From contig CAYQYU010000002.1 of the NCBI GenBank assembly GCA_964421955.1, positions 18,755-82,754 on the forward strand: 64,000 nt of DNA, given 5' to 3'. Source of the DNA: an uncultured archaeon. GTDB taxonomy: Archaea > Nanohalarchaeota > Nanosalinia > Nanosalinales > Nanosalinaceae. Below the pieces are notes generated by a model, which had not been told where the DNA came from, ran no database searches, and saw nothing but the letters and a program-made list of their open reading frames with translations. This document shows, piece by piece, positions 40,345 through 49,769 of the stretch (the stretch's first letter is position 1; each line of letters starts with the position of its first letter). Position numbers and translations under genes: made by a program.

Positions 40345-40893
40345 ATGCCTCAAGGATCAGGACGACCTATAGAATTAAAGCCAAATATGTGGGCGGGTGC
40401 TGTCCAACTTATTTTCGACAATTATTTGATGGACAGAGACTTTATGAAGAAGGATATGCCACACGAATTTCTTATATACGGCATATTAGGGATAGGTGTT
40501 GTCGGATATTATGCCGTAACGAGGTATACTTCTTACAGTATACCTATATACACCCTTGCCGTACTACCTGTAATCGGATTTGTACTTCAGGTCTACTTCC
40601 TTCACGGAGAATTAAAGCACAGGAGCTACCTTATATACGAAAAATCTGTAGAAATACAGGATGATTTCTTTGACAAGGAATCAAACTCCGCAAGATTCGA
40701 GAACATAACAGATGTTAAACTCGAAAAACCTTTCGTCCAGAGACTTTTCGGAACAGGCAACATAAGGCTGTCCACAGCAGGTAAAGGAATGGAATCAGAA
40801 CTCGTTATAAGATATTTGGACAACGCAGACGAGTATTATCAAGAGCTTTCAGACCTCGTAAACTCAAGAGAATACAATCAAGACCTACATTAG
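40345..40893 (+). CDS. Membrane protein with bacterial PH domain (YdbS-like)
   Basis: Two TM helices; FENITDV.LEKPFVQRLFGTGNI.LSTAG. Confidence 0.85.
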   Translation: MPQGSGRPIELKPNMWAGAVQLIFDNYLMDRDFMKKDMPHEFLIYGILGIGVVGYYAVTRYTSYSIPIYTLAVLPVIGFVLQVYFLHGELKHRSYLIYEKSVEIQDDFFDKESNSARFENITDVKLEKPFVQRLFGTGNIRLSTAGKGMESELVIRYLDNADEYYQELSDLVNSREYNQDLH

Positions 40894-40904
40894 GCGATTA
40901 AATA

Positions 40905-41360
40905 ATGAATAATGAAAATCCTCAGAGAACGGTAAGACCGAATGTCACGGCAGGAACAAGTATCAGAGGAGGAATGATACTGCTTGGAACTGCTGTCTTA
41001 ACAGGGATTTTGATGTGGAGTTCCGATATTCCTTCTGTATTCGTCCTGATCGGAGGAATCCTACTTGCTTTAGCAGGAACAGGAGTCGTATTCTTCAACC
41101 TCAACTCCAGAGAATACCGCTTCTACAACAACGAAGTAGAAGTATACGAAGGATTCATCAACATAACACAGAACAACACATCCTACGACCGAGTAACCGA
41201 CATATCCTACAGTCAACCTATAACACAGCGAATATTCGGTACAGGCACAGTCAAACTAAACACAGCAGGAAGCGGATACCACGAAATCAAAATAAGCTAT
41301 GTAGACAACCCCCAACAAGAATACAAAACGCTTAAGAGAATAGTAGGAGACAGAAGATAA
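40905..41360 (+). CDS. Membrane protein with bacterial PH domain (YdbS-like)
   Basis: Two TM helices; YDRVTDISYSQPITQRIFGTGTV.LNTAG. Confidence 0.85.
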   Translation: MNNENPQRTVRPNVTAGTSIRGGMILLGTAVLTGILMWSSDIPSVFVLIGGILLALAGTGVVFFNLNSREYRFYNNEVEVYEGFINITQNNTSYDRVTDISYSQPITQRIFGTGTVKLNTAGSGYHEIKISYVDNPQQEYKTLKRIVGDRR

Positions 41361-41363
41361 ATT

Positions 41364-41771
41364 ATGAAGAGTGAAAACTTGAACCAATACGCTCTACTGA
41401 TTTTCTTGGCACTTACAGTCATCGCAAGTGGATGTATATCTAATAATAGCCAGACTCAGAAAGAAGAACTACAACAGGAAGTAGATGAAACTCAGCAACA
41501 GGCACAGAAACTTCAGACCTGCGGAAGCATAAATATAGAGATTGTGGAAGCATCTTCTTCAGAGGCTGTAATCCAGCAGAACGCAGGTAACAACCCTGTT
41601 GGAGAAGTAGAGGTAACTTGGACGCTTCAAAATGGAGAGACAGCGACCAAAACAGTATCTATAGATCGTTCAAGAGGCTTAGCACAAGCTACTAACAGCC
41701 TCACCGGAACACTACAGGAAGCGGTTGCTAAATCCACCAAATGTCAGGGTATAGAGGCTACTTATCCTTAA
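41364..41771 (+). CDS. Lipoprotein
   Basis: IASGC lipobox; Gln-rich helix; Cys pair. Confidence 0.75.
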   Translation: MKSENLNQYALLIFLALTVIASGCISNNSQTQKEELQQEVDETQQQAQKLQTCGSINIEIVEASSSEAVIQQNAGNNPVGEVEVTWTLQNGETATKTVSIDRSRGLAQATNSLTGTLQEAVAKSTKCQGIEATYP

Positions 41772-41802
41772 TTTCAAATAGAAGTTAATAGTCAGTAAAA
41801 GT

Positions 41803-42069
41803 ATGGACAGAGAGCTTATCGAAGCATTTGGTATCGACTTTGTAGGTTTGCTTCTATATGGCGGGATCTTGAGTATGATAACAAGTCCTCCGTTAGGTAT
41901 GTCATCACAGCAATTAATGGGTGTAGGACTTATCTTTCCGCTTCTCGCTTATGTTGTGACCTACAAGCGCTATCCTGAACAGTTCTGGAAAGCCTTCTTC
42001 GGAAGCGTAGTATTAGGAGCAGTTCTCCTGATAGGAGGGTTCTGGCTGTTCGTCAATATGGTGATCTAA
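41803..42069 (+). CDS. Small membrane protein
   Basis: Three TM helices. Confidence 0.7.
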   Translation: MDRELIEAFGIDFVGLLLYGGILSMITSPPLGMSSQQLMGVGLIFPLLAYVVTYKRYPEQFWKAFFGSVVLGAVLLIGGFWLFVNMVI

Positions 42070-42408
42070 ATGGAAAAAAGCACACAACTCAAAGTTATCG
42101 GAGGTCTTCTCGGACTCTGGGGATTAGTCAGACTTGCAACATCGGGAATGGCATTAACCTCGTCAGCACAGGTCAGCACACTCCTCATAGGAGTCGATAT
42201 AGTGACAGGTCTGATACTGTTAGCAGGGAGCATAGGAGTATTCCTGAAGAAACAAGCAGGTTTCTACGCAGGACTACTAGGCGTTCTGCTCGTTCTCGGA
42301 GTCAACATCTACAACTTCGCTGTAGGAACAGGAGGAAACATAGTAGCAATACTAATAGTCGCAGTAGTAGGCTACTACCTCTACGACAGCAGAGAAATCT
42401 TCCAATAA
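42070..42408 (+). CDS. Small membrane protein
   Basis: Four TM helices. Confidence 0.7.
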   Translation: MEKSTQLKVIGGLLGLWGLVRLATSGMALTSSAQVSTLLIGVDIVTGLILLAGSIGVFLKKQAGFYAGLLGVLLVLGVNIYNFAVGTGGNIVAILIVAVVGYYLYDSREIFQ

Positions 42409-42591
42409 GGGAATCCCCATTTCCTACTTCTTTATTTTTTAAGAAAGATATTCTTTCATACATCAGACATATAACTATTAGTTCTTCTTAATTGAGATAG
42501 AAGAGTTTCGTGTTCCGAAGGAAGATACAAGTATGCCTCGCCCCCGCACTCTTCTCCTATAATTTAAGTAAGGCGCTTAACGAGTCTTTTT

Positions 42592-43743
42592 GTGCACCTG
42601 GTTGACTGGGCGGAGAGAATTGATCTTGGGAAGGAGATTCAGGAGGTTTATCTCCACAGCTTTCTGTTCAAGCTGGCCGTGAAGCTGGTCGGTATCTTTC
42701 TTCCTCTATATATTCTTGAGAGAGGATTTTCCGTGGAGACTGTCTTCCTGTTCTTCCTGGCCTACTCTGGAACATACGTTGTTGGGAGTCTGCCGAACGC
42801 GGAAATTGCATCGAAGATCGGTTACAAACATACTTCGTTGCTTGCAAGCCCTATGATCCTGGTGTTCTATCTGTTACTCCGTTCCGTTGAGACGCAGCCC
42901 TCGCTAATCCTTGTGGCGATCCTGGGCGGTCTCGGTTTCAACATGTACTGGACAGGTATGAATCCCGAGGTTGCGAGGAGCAGCCATAGCGAGAAGCGGG
43001 AAGAGGAGACCGGTTTCTTTTTCTCGATGCCTGCGCTTTCATCGGTGATATCGCCCGTAGTAGGCGGGCTTATACTTGCGGTTTCCGGCTTTAACGTTCT
43101 TTTCGCAGTCGCCGCTTTACTGATCGCGGCCTCGTTTATACCCTTCCTGTTCTCCCGTGAACACCATTCAGGGATGAATATCAGCCCACTGGAGTTCGCG
43201 AGGGAGGAGATGGACCTGAACGACTTCCTGACATTCCTGTTCAAGGGAGGTCCCTCCCAGGGAAAGAAGGTACTCTGGCCCCTATATCTTGCTCTGGTGA
43301 TCAAAGGCTCGATCAGTATAGGTGGTGCAGGAGGGTTTATGGCTTTTGGTGGTGTGGTTACAAGCATCTTCATAGGTAAGATTACAAACGATGGTAACAG
43401 GAAGAAGGTGATCCTTGCCGGCACATCTATTGCCTCTGCATCATATATTTTGATGTCCTTCATTACAGAACCGGTGACTGCATTCGCTGTCTCAATGCTT
43501 AACGGCCTCAGCTTTACGGCCATCAGCATCCCAGTCTACAGTAAGGCCATGGAGCACTCAGAGAAAGAGGATATAATCGAGTACTTCGCGTTCCGAGAGA
43601 TAGCGCTCTCAGTTGGGAGAATTGCAACGCTTCTGACTCTGCTTGCGGTTTTCAAGCTCACCCGCTTTAAATTCATACTTGGATTCTTATTTATCGCAGC
43701 CACAGTAGTCGCAGCAGGCTATTTCGGAAGCAGGATGGACTAG
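42592..43743 (+). CDS. MFS transporter
   Basis: About 12 TM helices; ASKIGYK loop. Confidence 0.85.
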   Translation: MHLVDWAERIDLGKEIQEVYLHSFLFKLAVKLVGIFLPLYILERGFSVETVFLFFLAYSGTYVVGSLPNAEIASKIGYKHTSLLASPMILVFYLLLRSVETQPSLILVAILGGLGFNMYWTGMNPEVARSSHSEKREEETGFFFSMPALSSVISPVVGGLILAVSGFNVLFAVAALLIAASFIPFLFSREHHSGMNISPLEFAREEMDLNDFLTFLFKGGPSQGKKVLWPLYLALVIKGSISIGGAGGFMAFGGVVTSIFIGKITNDGNRKKVILAGTSIASASYILMSFITEPVTAFAVSMLNGLSFTAISIPVYSKAMEHSEKEDIIEYFAFREIALSVGRIATLLTLLAVFKLTRFKFILGFLFIAATVVAAGYFGSRMD

Positions 43744-44549
43744 AACCAGAGAAAGTTTCTAATTCTTTCACTTACTCCTGGTTTAATCCGATTTATCCTC
43801 TCCATCTCCCGTTCCGTCAGTTTGAAGTCGAAGATATCAATATTTTCCCTTAAATGCGACTTCCTTGACGCCTTGGGTATCGCCGCGACGTTCTCCTGCT
43901 GGATCAACCATCTCAGGGTGACCTGTGCCGGGCTCCTGTGATATCTCTCGCCGATTTCCGACAGTGTCTCGTCTCCCGCGACCTTTCCCAGCGCCAGCGG
44001 TGTGTGCGCCGTCAGCAGGATATCGTTCTCCTGGCAGTACTCAAGCATCTCCTGTCGCGGGCGATACGGGTTGAACTCCAGCTGGTTGGTGACTATAGGC
44101 GTCTCGGACTTCTCCCGGGCTTCCTCCAGCTGCTCAACCGAGAAGTTGCTGACGCCTATGTGCCTCACCTTCTCCTGGTCCTGGAGGCTGTTCATTGCCT
44201 CAAGCGTCTCTCCAACATCGTGCTTTGGCGGGGCATGGATCAGCAGGAGGTCGATGTAGTCCGTGCCCAGCTTCTCCAGGCTCTCATTGGTGGACTCGAT
44301 CGCGCGCTGGAAGGAGGTGTTTCCCTTGTCGAGCTTCGTGACGAGGAATATCTCGTCCCGGGGAGTATCTGACCCAGCAATCGCGTCGCCTACCTCTTCC
44401 TCGTTGCCGTACATCTGCGCCGTGTCGATGTGCCGGTATCCAAGCTCGAGCGCGGAACGCACCGAGGACCTACACTCGCTACCGCTCATCCTGGCAGTTC
44501 CCAGGCCCAGTGCAGGAACCTTTACATTCTGGAGTTCGATGTATTCCAT
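43740..44549 (-). CDS. Aldo/keto reductase
   Basis: GYRHIDTAQMYGNE, LLIH, IGVSNF, IPKAS. Confidence 0.95.
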   Translation of the reverse strand: MEYIELQNVKVPALGLGTARMSGSECRSSVRSALELGYRHIDTAQMYGNEEEVGDAIAGSDTPRDEIFLVTKLDKGNTSFQRAIESTNESLEKLGTDYIDLLLIHAPPKHDVGETLEAMNSLQDQEKVRHIGVSNFSVEQLEEAREKSETPIVTNQLEFNPYRPRQEMLEYCQENDILLTAHTPLALGKVAGDETLSEIGERYHRSPAQVTLRWLIQQENVAAIPKASRKSHLRENIDIFDFKLTEREMERINRIKPGVSERIRNFLWF

Positions 44550-44625
44550 GGGTTCTTTTTCTTGCCCGATTCTCAAGTATCTACCCCGGCTTTTTATTCT
44601 GGAATAGTCTATAATCGTTTGTAGA

Positions 44626-44841
44626 ATGTTTGAAGACGTCGATATTGGTGAGAGCCTGAAAAATTCAGCAGTGATTACCGGGTATTTCGTGCTGACAATC
44701 GGTATTCTGTTCGGCTTGGTCCAGAAAGGTTACATAGAGACTTCAATTTTCGATCAACTGACCGTTCCTGTTGCGGTACTCGGTATAGCGGTCGTCTTCA
44801 ATCTTGTTTTCGCTTTCACAATTGTGGATCAGGAATACTGA
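44626..44841 (+). CDS. Small two-TM protein
   Basis: Two hydrophobic helices. Confidence 0.65.
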   Translation: MFEDVDIGESLKNSAVITGYFVLTIGILFGLVQKGYIETSIFDQLTVPVAVLGIAVVFNLVFAFTIVDQEY

Positions 44842-44853
44842 AAGCGGGAAAAA

Positions 44854-45420
44854 CTAGTTCTCATCGGTTGATTCAGTTGTAGATATGTATCCCTCGCCGG
44901 AAAAAGGAGTGTTTCTCTGTCTTTCTGACCCCTCAGCTCTTCCGGTCTGTTGCCCTCCTTCATCCTCTTCCCAGGAAGGCCTCTCAATAGCGTTCCGTAG
45001 CCCTCTGTTCGCGGCCTCGGGAGTCCTGTTCATGACTATCTTCAGCACCGCCATACGCACCTCCCTGGACTCGTTCACATGTGCCTGTAATTCTGGAACT
45101 GTCCTTGCGGTAGCGGATACCTTCTCCATCTGCCGGGAGTAATGCCTGAGTGCGACCTCAGCCCTCTCCGAATCTCCCTGTTCTGAGAGCTCCTTTGCCT
45201 CTGCAAGTCTCTCCTGAGCGTATTCCAGTCTTTTCTCGGCCTTTTTCTCTTTACTGAAAGTCAGGGCGAGACTGATCGCCTCCTTTGCACGGTCAAAGCC
45301 GTATAGAAGCGATCCCGGCTTCTCGGATGGATGTGGAAGCGCCGAATTTGAGTGATCTGTATGGGCCGCAGCAGCAGGTAAAAGCAGAACCACCACGGAA
45401 AGCACCGCAAGAGCTTTCAT
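44854..45420 (-). CDS. Secreted DUF5667-like helical protein
   Basis: Signal peptide; PGSLLYGFDRA.E...KKAE..L.YAQERLAEA. Confidence 0.8.
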   Translation of the reverse strand: MKALAVLSVVVLLLPAAAAHTDHSNSALPHPSEKPGSLLYGFDRAKEAISLALTFSKEKKAEKRLEYAQERLAEAKELSEQGDSERAEVALRHYSRQMEKVSATARTVPELQAHVNESREVRMAVLKIVMNRTPEAANRGLRNAIERPSWEEDEGGQQTGRAEGSERQRNTPFSGEGYISTTESTDEN

Positions 45421-45488
45421 ACATCTCAATTGGTCAAATCTCTATTTAAATCCGGTCCTGTTTTTAATCTACCGAAACCAGTTAAACC

Positions 45489-46616
45489 GTGAGAAGAGAG
45501 CTAGATCTCGGCGACAGGAAGATCACTCTTGTGGGTACCGCCCATGTATCCGACGAGAGCAGGAAAGAAGTCGAGGAAACCATAGAAGAAGTTCAACCCG
45601 ACCTTGTCGCGGTAGAGCTTGACCAGCAGCGTTTCGAATCGTTGAGAGATGAGTCAGGCTGGAGAGAACTGAACATCGCGGAGGCCATAAGAGAGGGCAA
45701 GGGCTACCTGCTGTTCCTGAACCTCTTGATGTCTATATACCAGAGAAAGATAGGGCTGGAAGAAGGCGTGAAGCCAGGCCAGGAGATGCTTTCCACGGTG
45801 AAGGCTGCGGAGGAGCACGGCATCGAGTATGCTCTCGTTGACCGGGATATCGGGACGACTTTTGAACGCCTCAGGTCCGAGATGAGTTTCCGGGAAAAAC
45901 TCTGGCTCGCGGCAAGTTTCTTTGCAGAAGAGGAGGAGTACAGCATTGAGGAGATCAAGGAGGCAAACATTCTCGACCAGCTTGTCTCCGACCTGGAGGA
46001 CGAGTTCCCGTCGATAAAGAGGGTTTTCCTCGACGAGAGGAACGCCTACATGTCGGAAAAAATACTTGAGAGAGATTTTGAACACGCCGTAGTTGTTGTA
46101 GGTGCCGCCCATGTTGACGGCATGGCAGATATGCTTGAGTCCGGGATAGAGACTAAAGAGGAGGATCCAGGCAGGAAGATTCCCTGGATGAAGGTAATCC
46201 ACTATGGCTTCCCGCTGACCATCCTGGCGATGCTGGGCTACAGTTTCTACCAAATTGGCTTTTCGACCGGTTTCCAGGCAACAAAGTTCTGGATACTAAG
46301 CAACGGTATACTGGCGATGCTCGGCGCGATAATAGCCCGTTCACATCCACTTACATGGCTTGTATCGTTTGTCTCCGCCCCGTTGACTTCGCTGGATCCC
46401 GCGCTCGGCGCGGGAATGGTCGCCGCCTACTTTGAAGGACGGTTCTATCCACCAAAGGTCGAGGAACTGGAGAAGATAGCGTACGTTGACAGCTACAGGG
46501 AACTCTGGGGCAACCAGGTCGGCAGAATCCTGCTGACCTTCGTCTTCGTGACCATAGGAAGCGCGATCGCGACCTTCATCGGCGCGGGCTACATCGCCTC
46601 ACTCATCGGGCTCTAG
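45489..46616 (+). CDS. TraB/PrgY family protein
   Basis: LVGTAHVS, VELD..R, LDERN, VVGAAH; C-terminal TM helices. Confidence 0.93.
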   Translation: MRRELDLGDRKITLVGTAHVSDESRKEVEETIEEVQPDLVAVELDQQRFESLRDESGWRELNIAEAIREGKGYLLFLNLLMSIYQRKIGLEEGVKPGQEMLSTVKAAEEHGIEYALVDRDIGTTFERLRSEMSFREKLWLAASFFAEEEEYSIEEIKEANILDQLVSDLEDEFPSIKRVFLDERNAYMSEKILERDFEHAVVVVGAAHVDGMADMLESGIETKEEDPGRKIPWMKVIHYGFPLTILAMLGYSFYQIGFSTGFQATKFWILSNGILAMLGAIIARSHPLTWLVSFVSAPLTSLDPALGAGMVAAYFEGRFYPPKVEELEKIAYVDSYRELWGNQVGRILLTFVFVTIGSAIATFIGAGYIASLIGL

Positions 46617-47236
46617 AGCATCCATTTCTCTTCCCATTTCCTGATACGCTGACGCCATTCATTCTCATGTCTATTTTCCTCATCATCCGATTCGAGGAAA
46701 GGCTCGTCACGTATCCAGTATCCTACAAGAACCCCGATGACCATGCCGAAAAGGTGGGCCTCGTAGGCGATGTTTGAACTTCCAGTGATTCCCGCGAAGT
46801 TGGTGAATGTGTAGGCAAGAAGTACGGCCCACATCGGTAGAGGAACGCCCAGTGCTAGCCCGATCTGGTTCGGGCGGAAGATGGCCATCGCCGCGAGCAC
46901 TCCGAATGCGCCGCCCGAGGCGCCTATTATCCCTGTCCCGGGGAAGAAAATGAAGGCGGTGAGGTTCGCGAAGAGCGCGGCCACGAGGAATGTTCCAAGA
47001 AACATTTTTCCCGAGGTCATCCGCTCGTAGATTGATCCAAAGAGTCCGATGAAGAACAGGTTGTTCACCAGATGTTCGAGACTGGAGTGACCGAAGATTG
47101 AGGTGAAGAATTTCCAGATTGGACTTGAAGAAGCGTTAAATCCGGGATCAAAACCTGTGAACAACTGGCCCACGTAGACCACGACCATTAAAAAACAGAG
47201 CTGTAGCGCCACGAAGCGGAACTTTTCATCTATCAT
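46613..47236 (-). CDS. Rhomboid intramembrane serine protease
   Basis: H...HL..N, GASG, AH..G. Confidence 0.92.
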   Translation of the reverse strand: MIDEKFRFVALQLCFLMVVVYVGQLFTGFDPGFNASSSPIWKFFTSIFGHSSLEHLVNNLFFIGLFGSIYERMTSGKMFLGTFLVAALFANLTAFIFFPGTGIIGASGGAFGVLAAMAIFRPNQIGLALGVPLPMWAVLLAYTFTNFAGITGSSNIAYEAHLFGMVIGVLVGYWIRDEPFLESDDEENRHENEWRQRIRKWEEKWML

Positions 47237-48846
47237 CAGTCCACCTGCCGGAGTATCTTGACCACGTCCTCCTCGCCGATTGATAGTATAAGCCGAGACA
47301 GCCGCGGCCCCTGTCCCCTTGAAAGAAGAACCTGGTAGGCGGTGCTGAAGAACTCTCCGGTTTCCAGCCCGGATTCATCCTTTACATCGAATATTTCCGA
47401 GTCAAGATCGTCTTGAGTCTCGAAGTCGCTCTCCTCGATCATTTCTGCCAGAAGCTGCATCGCACCCCTCTGGTCGGCGTTGAGATCATCCTGGAGCTCC
47501 CCTGGTAATTCAAAGTTGATCGCGTAACGGTACTCCTCCGGCGCATGTTCCCGGGCCCAGTTCTTCGCCTTTCCGAGGCGTTCAACCACCTTTTCTATAC
47601 CCTTGTCGTCGATGTCCTCCGGAACGTGGTCCGTGCGTTTGAGCGACTCTATGGCCTTCGTCTTCCATTCGTCCTCGGGAACTGTCTGTGCGATGAAAGA
47701 TGCGTGCTGGAACGGAATCCTCACCGGTTTTTCATCAGGAACCTCCACCATCGCGAGTTCGTATACCCGCTGCCAGTGTTTCCGCTTTCTTTCGTTCTCC
47801 ATCTTCTCCGGGTTGAAGTAGGCGTCCTCTATCTTGTCGAACCTCTCGTATATCTGGAACACGTCCTCGTCAAACGGTATCTCGAACGCCTTGCTCGGCT
47901 TTGTCTCGGAGAAGAGGAAACGGACCATCTCAGGGGTGTATACCTCCTTCAGGTCGGTGAGCGTGAAGGCGTCCTCTCCACGGCTTCCTGAAATCTTGGC
48001 GCCCTCCTTTGTGACAAACTCGTACATCTGGTAGACCGGCGGCTCATCTTCGTATACCTCCCTGACTATATCGGTCGCTGTATCGCGCGATCCCCCGGCT
48101 GCAGAGTGCTCTTTCCCTCCAGGCTCGAAAGCAACCTGCTCGTAGTGCCACCTCATAGGCCAGTCCACGCGCCAGGGCGGCTTCACCGAGTCGCTCTTAG
48201 AGAAGTCAAGCTCGTGTTCTTCGCCACACTGTTTGCAGTAGTATGTAACCGTATACTCTCCATCGTAGTCGCGTATTCCCGTAAAGTCTTTCCCGCACTC
48301 CTCGCAGTAGATTCTTAGCGGATACCAGTCGTCGTCAAGCGGCTCGGTGCGGTACTGGTTGAGTATCTTCCTGAGTTTTTCCCGGTTTTGCATCGCCTTC
48401 CTGATGAGATCCGCGTATTTCCCAGACTCGAACATCTCGGTCTGGCGGATGAACTCTATGTCCATGTGCATGTCCTCCAGTTCCTCTTCAAGCCGGGATT
48501 CAAAATGCGCAGCGTAGCTGTCGTGGCATCCCTCGGGATCCGGAACCTTCGACAGCGGGAGGCCAATGTACTGCTCCCACTCATCGGGAACGTTAGCCGG
48601 AACCTTCCTGAAGCGGTCGTAGTCGTCCCAGGAGTAGATGAACCGGACGTCCTCACCACGTTCCTCCAGTGACTTCACGACGAAATCCGTTGTAATTATC
48701 TCCCGGAAATTTCCCGCGTGTACTATTCCCGAGGGTGATATCCCTGATGCACAGACATAAGTGTCGCGGTCATGGAACTTCCTCGTCACTCCGAGTGCAA
48801 GTTGGTCACTCCAAAATAGCGGTTGATTGGAGGGTTGTTCGCTCAT
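47236..48846 (-). CDS. lysS: Class I lysine--tRNA ligase
   Basis: SGISPSG.VHAGN, WDDYD.FRKVP, WRVDWPMRW, KISGS, GPRL. Confidence 0.97.
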   Translation of the reverse strand: MSEQPSNQPLFWSDQLALGVTRKFHDRDTYVCASGISPSGIVHAGNFREIITTDFVVKSLEERGEDVRFIYSWDDYDRFRKVPANVPDEWEQYIGLPLSKVPDPEGCHDSYAAHFESRLEEELEDMHMDIEFIRQTEMFESGKYADLIRKAMQNREKLRKILNQYRTEPLDDDWYPLRIYCEECGKDFTGIRDYDGEYTVTYYCKQCGEEHELDFSKSDSVKPPWRVDWPMRWHYEQVAFEPGGKEHSAAGGSRDTATDIVREVYEDEPPVYQMYEFVTKEGAKISGSRGEDAFTLTDLKEVYTPEMVRFLFSETKPSKAFEIPFDEDVFQIYERFDKIEDAYFNPEKMENERKRKHWQRVYELAMVEVPDEKPVRIPFQHASFIAQTVPEDEWKTKAIESLKRTDHVPEDIDDKGIEKVVERLGKAKNWAREHAPEEYRYAINFELPGELQDDLNADQRGAMQLLAEMIEESDFETQDDLDSEIFDVKDESGLETGEFFSTAYQVLLSRGQGPRLSRLILSIGEEDVVKILRQVD

Positions 48847-48879
48847 AGTGAAAGTTTTTCTCTGTAGGATTTAATAAGT

Positions 48880-49686
48880 CTAGACAGGAGAACTACCATG
48901 AATCTGGGCTCTCTGCAAAGTTGTCTCTGTTTCTCTCTTTCCGTCAAGCAGAAGATTGATTTCGCCGAAGCTCTCGTTCTCCACAGGAACAAATTCAATA
49001 CTCTGGTCTTCCAGGTGTTGCTGGATATAATCTGCCTTCCTACTATCCAGTTCCTCCTGGGCTGCCTCAACTTTCCCTTTGATGTACGGCTCTCGGACAA
49101 AAGTATCAATAGCGAACTTTCCTGTACCCGTCCATATTGCTGTATCGGTTGCCAGCTTTGGATCCTGGGTTAACGCGTATGTCAAAATGCCAGCGCCCCC
49201 GGCAATTGCAGCGGTCTCTACAAGGTGGGATTTAAACAGGTCTGGAAGGGTTGTTCCTGTTCTTGTCGCAAGTTCTTCATCCGAGAACTCTGAAGCATCA
49301 ACTGTTGACTTTCCTGTCCTCTCAACACGGTTATAGAGTGCTTCCAGAGGCTGTATAACCCTATCTACGATTCCGTCAACCAGGGGTAGTGCTTCCCCCA
49401 GTTCGTAGTCCAGTTCCGTGACGTAGACAACATTCCGGTCACCATCACGGACTGCAGCGGCATTGAGTATTAGGTCGTTATCTTCTCGCGCAAGAGCGTC
49501 GTGGTAGGAGATAAAATCGGCGTCTCTACCATCAAGGAACTCGTATCTGAATTCTTCCGGACTGTACCCCTCCGCTTCATCGGGAATGGCCTGGTTGAAA
49601 TCTTCAATCGAATCTACCATTTCAACCTGCCTGAGAATATTTGATGCGCCATAGAACTCCGTTGGATCAAAATGGCCTTCTTCCAT
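48880..49686 (-). CDS. Hypothetical protein
   Basis: 268 aa acidic ORF with a short Gly/Ala hydrophobic segment. Confidence 0.7.
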   Translation of the reverse strand: MEEGHFDPTEFYGASNILRQVEMVDSIEDFNQAIPDEAEGYSPEEFRYEFLDGRDADFISYHDALAREDNDLILNAAAVRDGDRNVVYVTELDYELGEALPLVDGIVDRVIQPLEALYNRVERTGKSTVDASEFSDEELATRTGTTLPDLFKSHLVETAAIAGGAGILTYALTQDPKLATDTAIWTGTGKFAIDTFVREPYIKGKVEAAQEELDSRKADYIQQHLEDQSIEFVPVENESFGEINLLLDGKRETETTLQRAQIHGSSPV

Positions 49687-49769
49687 GTTTCACTGCTTAC
49701 TCCTAAACTTTTTATCAATTCTTGAGAGCAGGCTTTAGCTTTTAAATCTCGTTACTGGATAAAATTTGT

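Larger units (their letters stand above)
39898..42550 (+). mobile_element. Decayed integrative island at the tRNA-Leu 3' end
   Basis: Visibly more AT-rich; integrase fragment; CCCCCGCACT repeated at the tRNA end and at 42541-42550. Confidence 0.7.

Noticed and set aside
39954-40664. 236-aa ORF over the island start
   Set aside because: Basic, Arg/Thr-rich shadow frame overlapping the integrase fragment and PH gene
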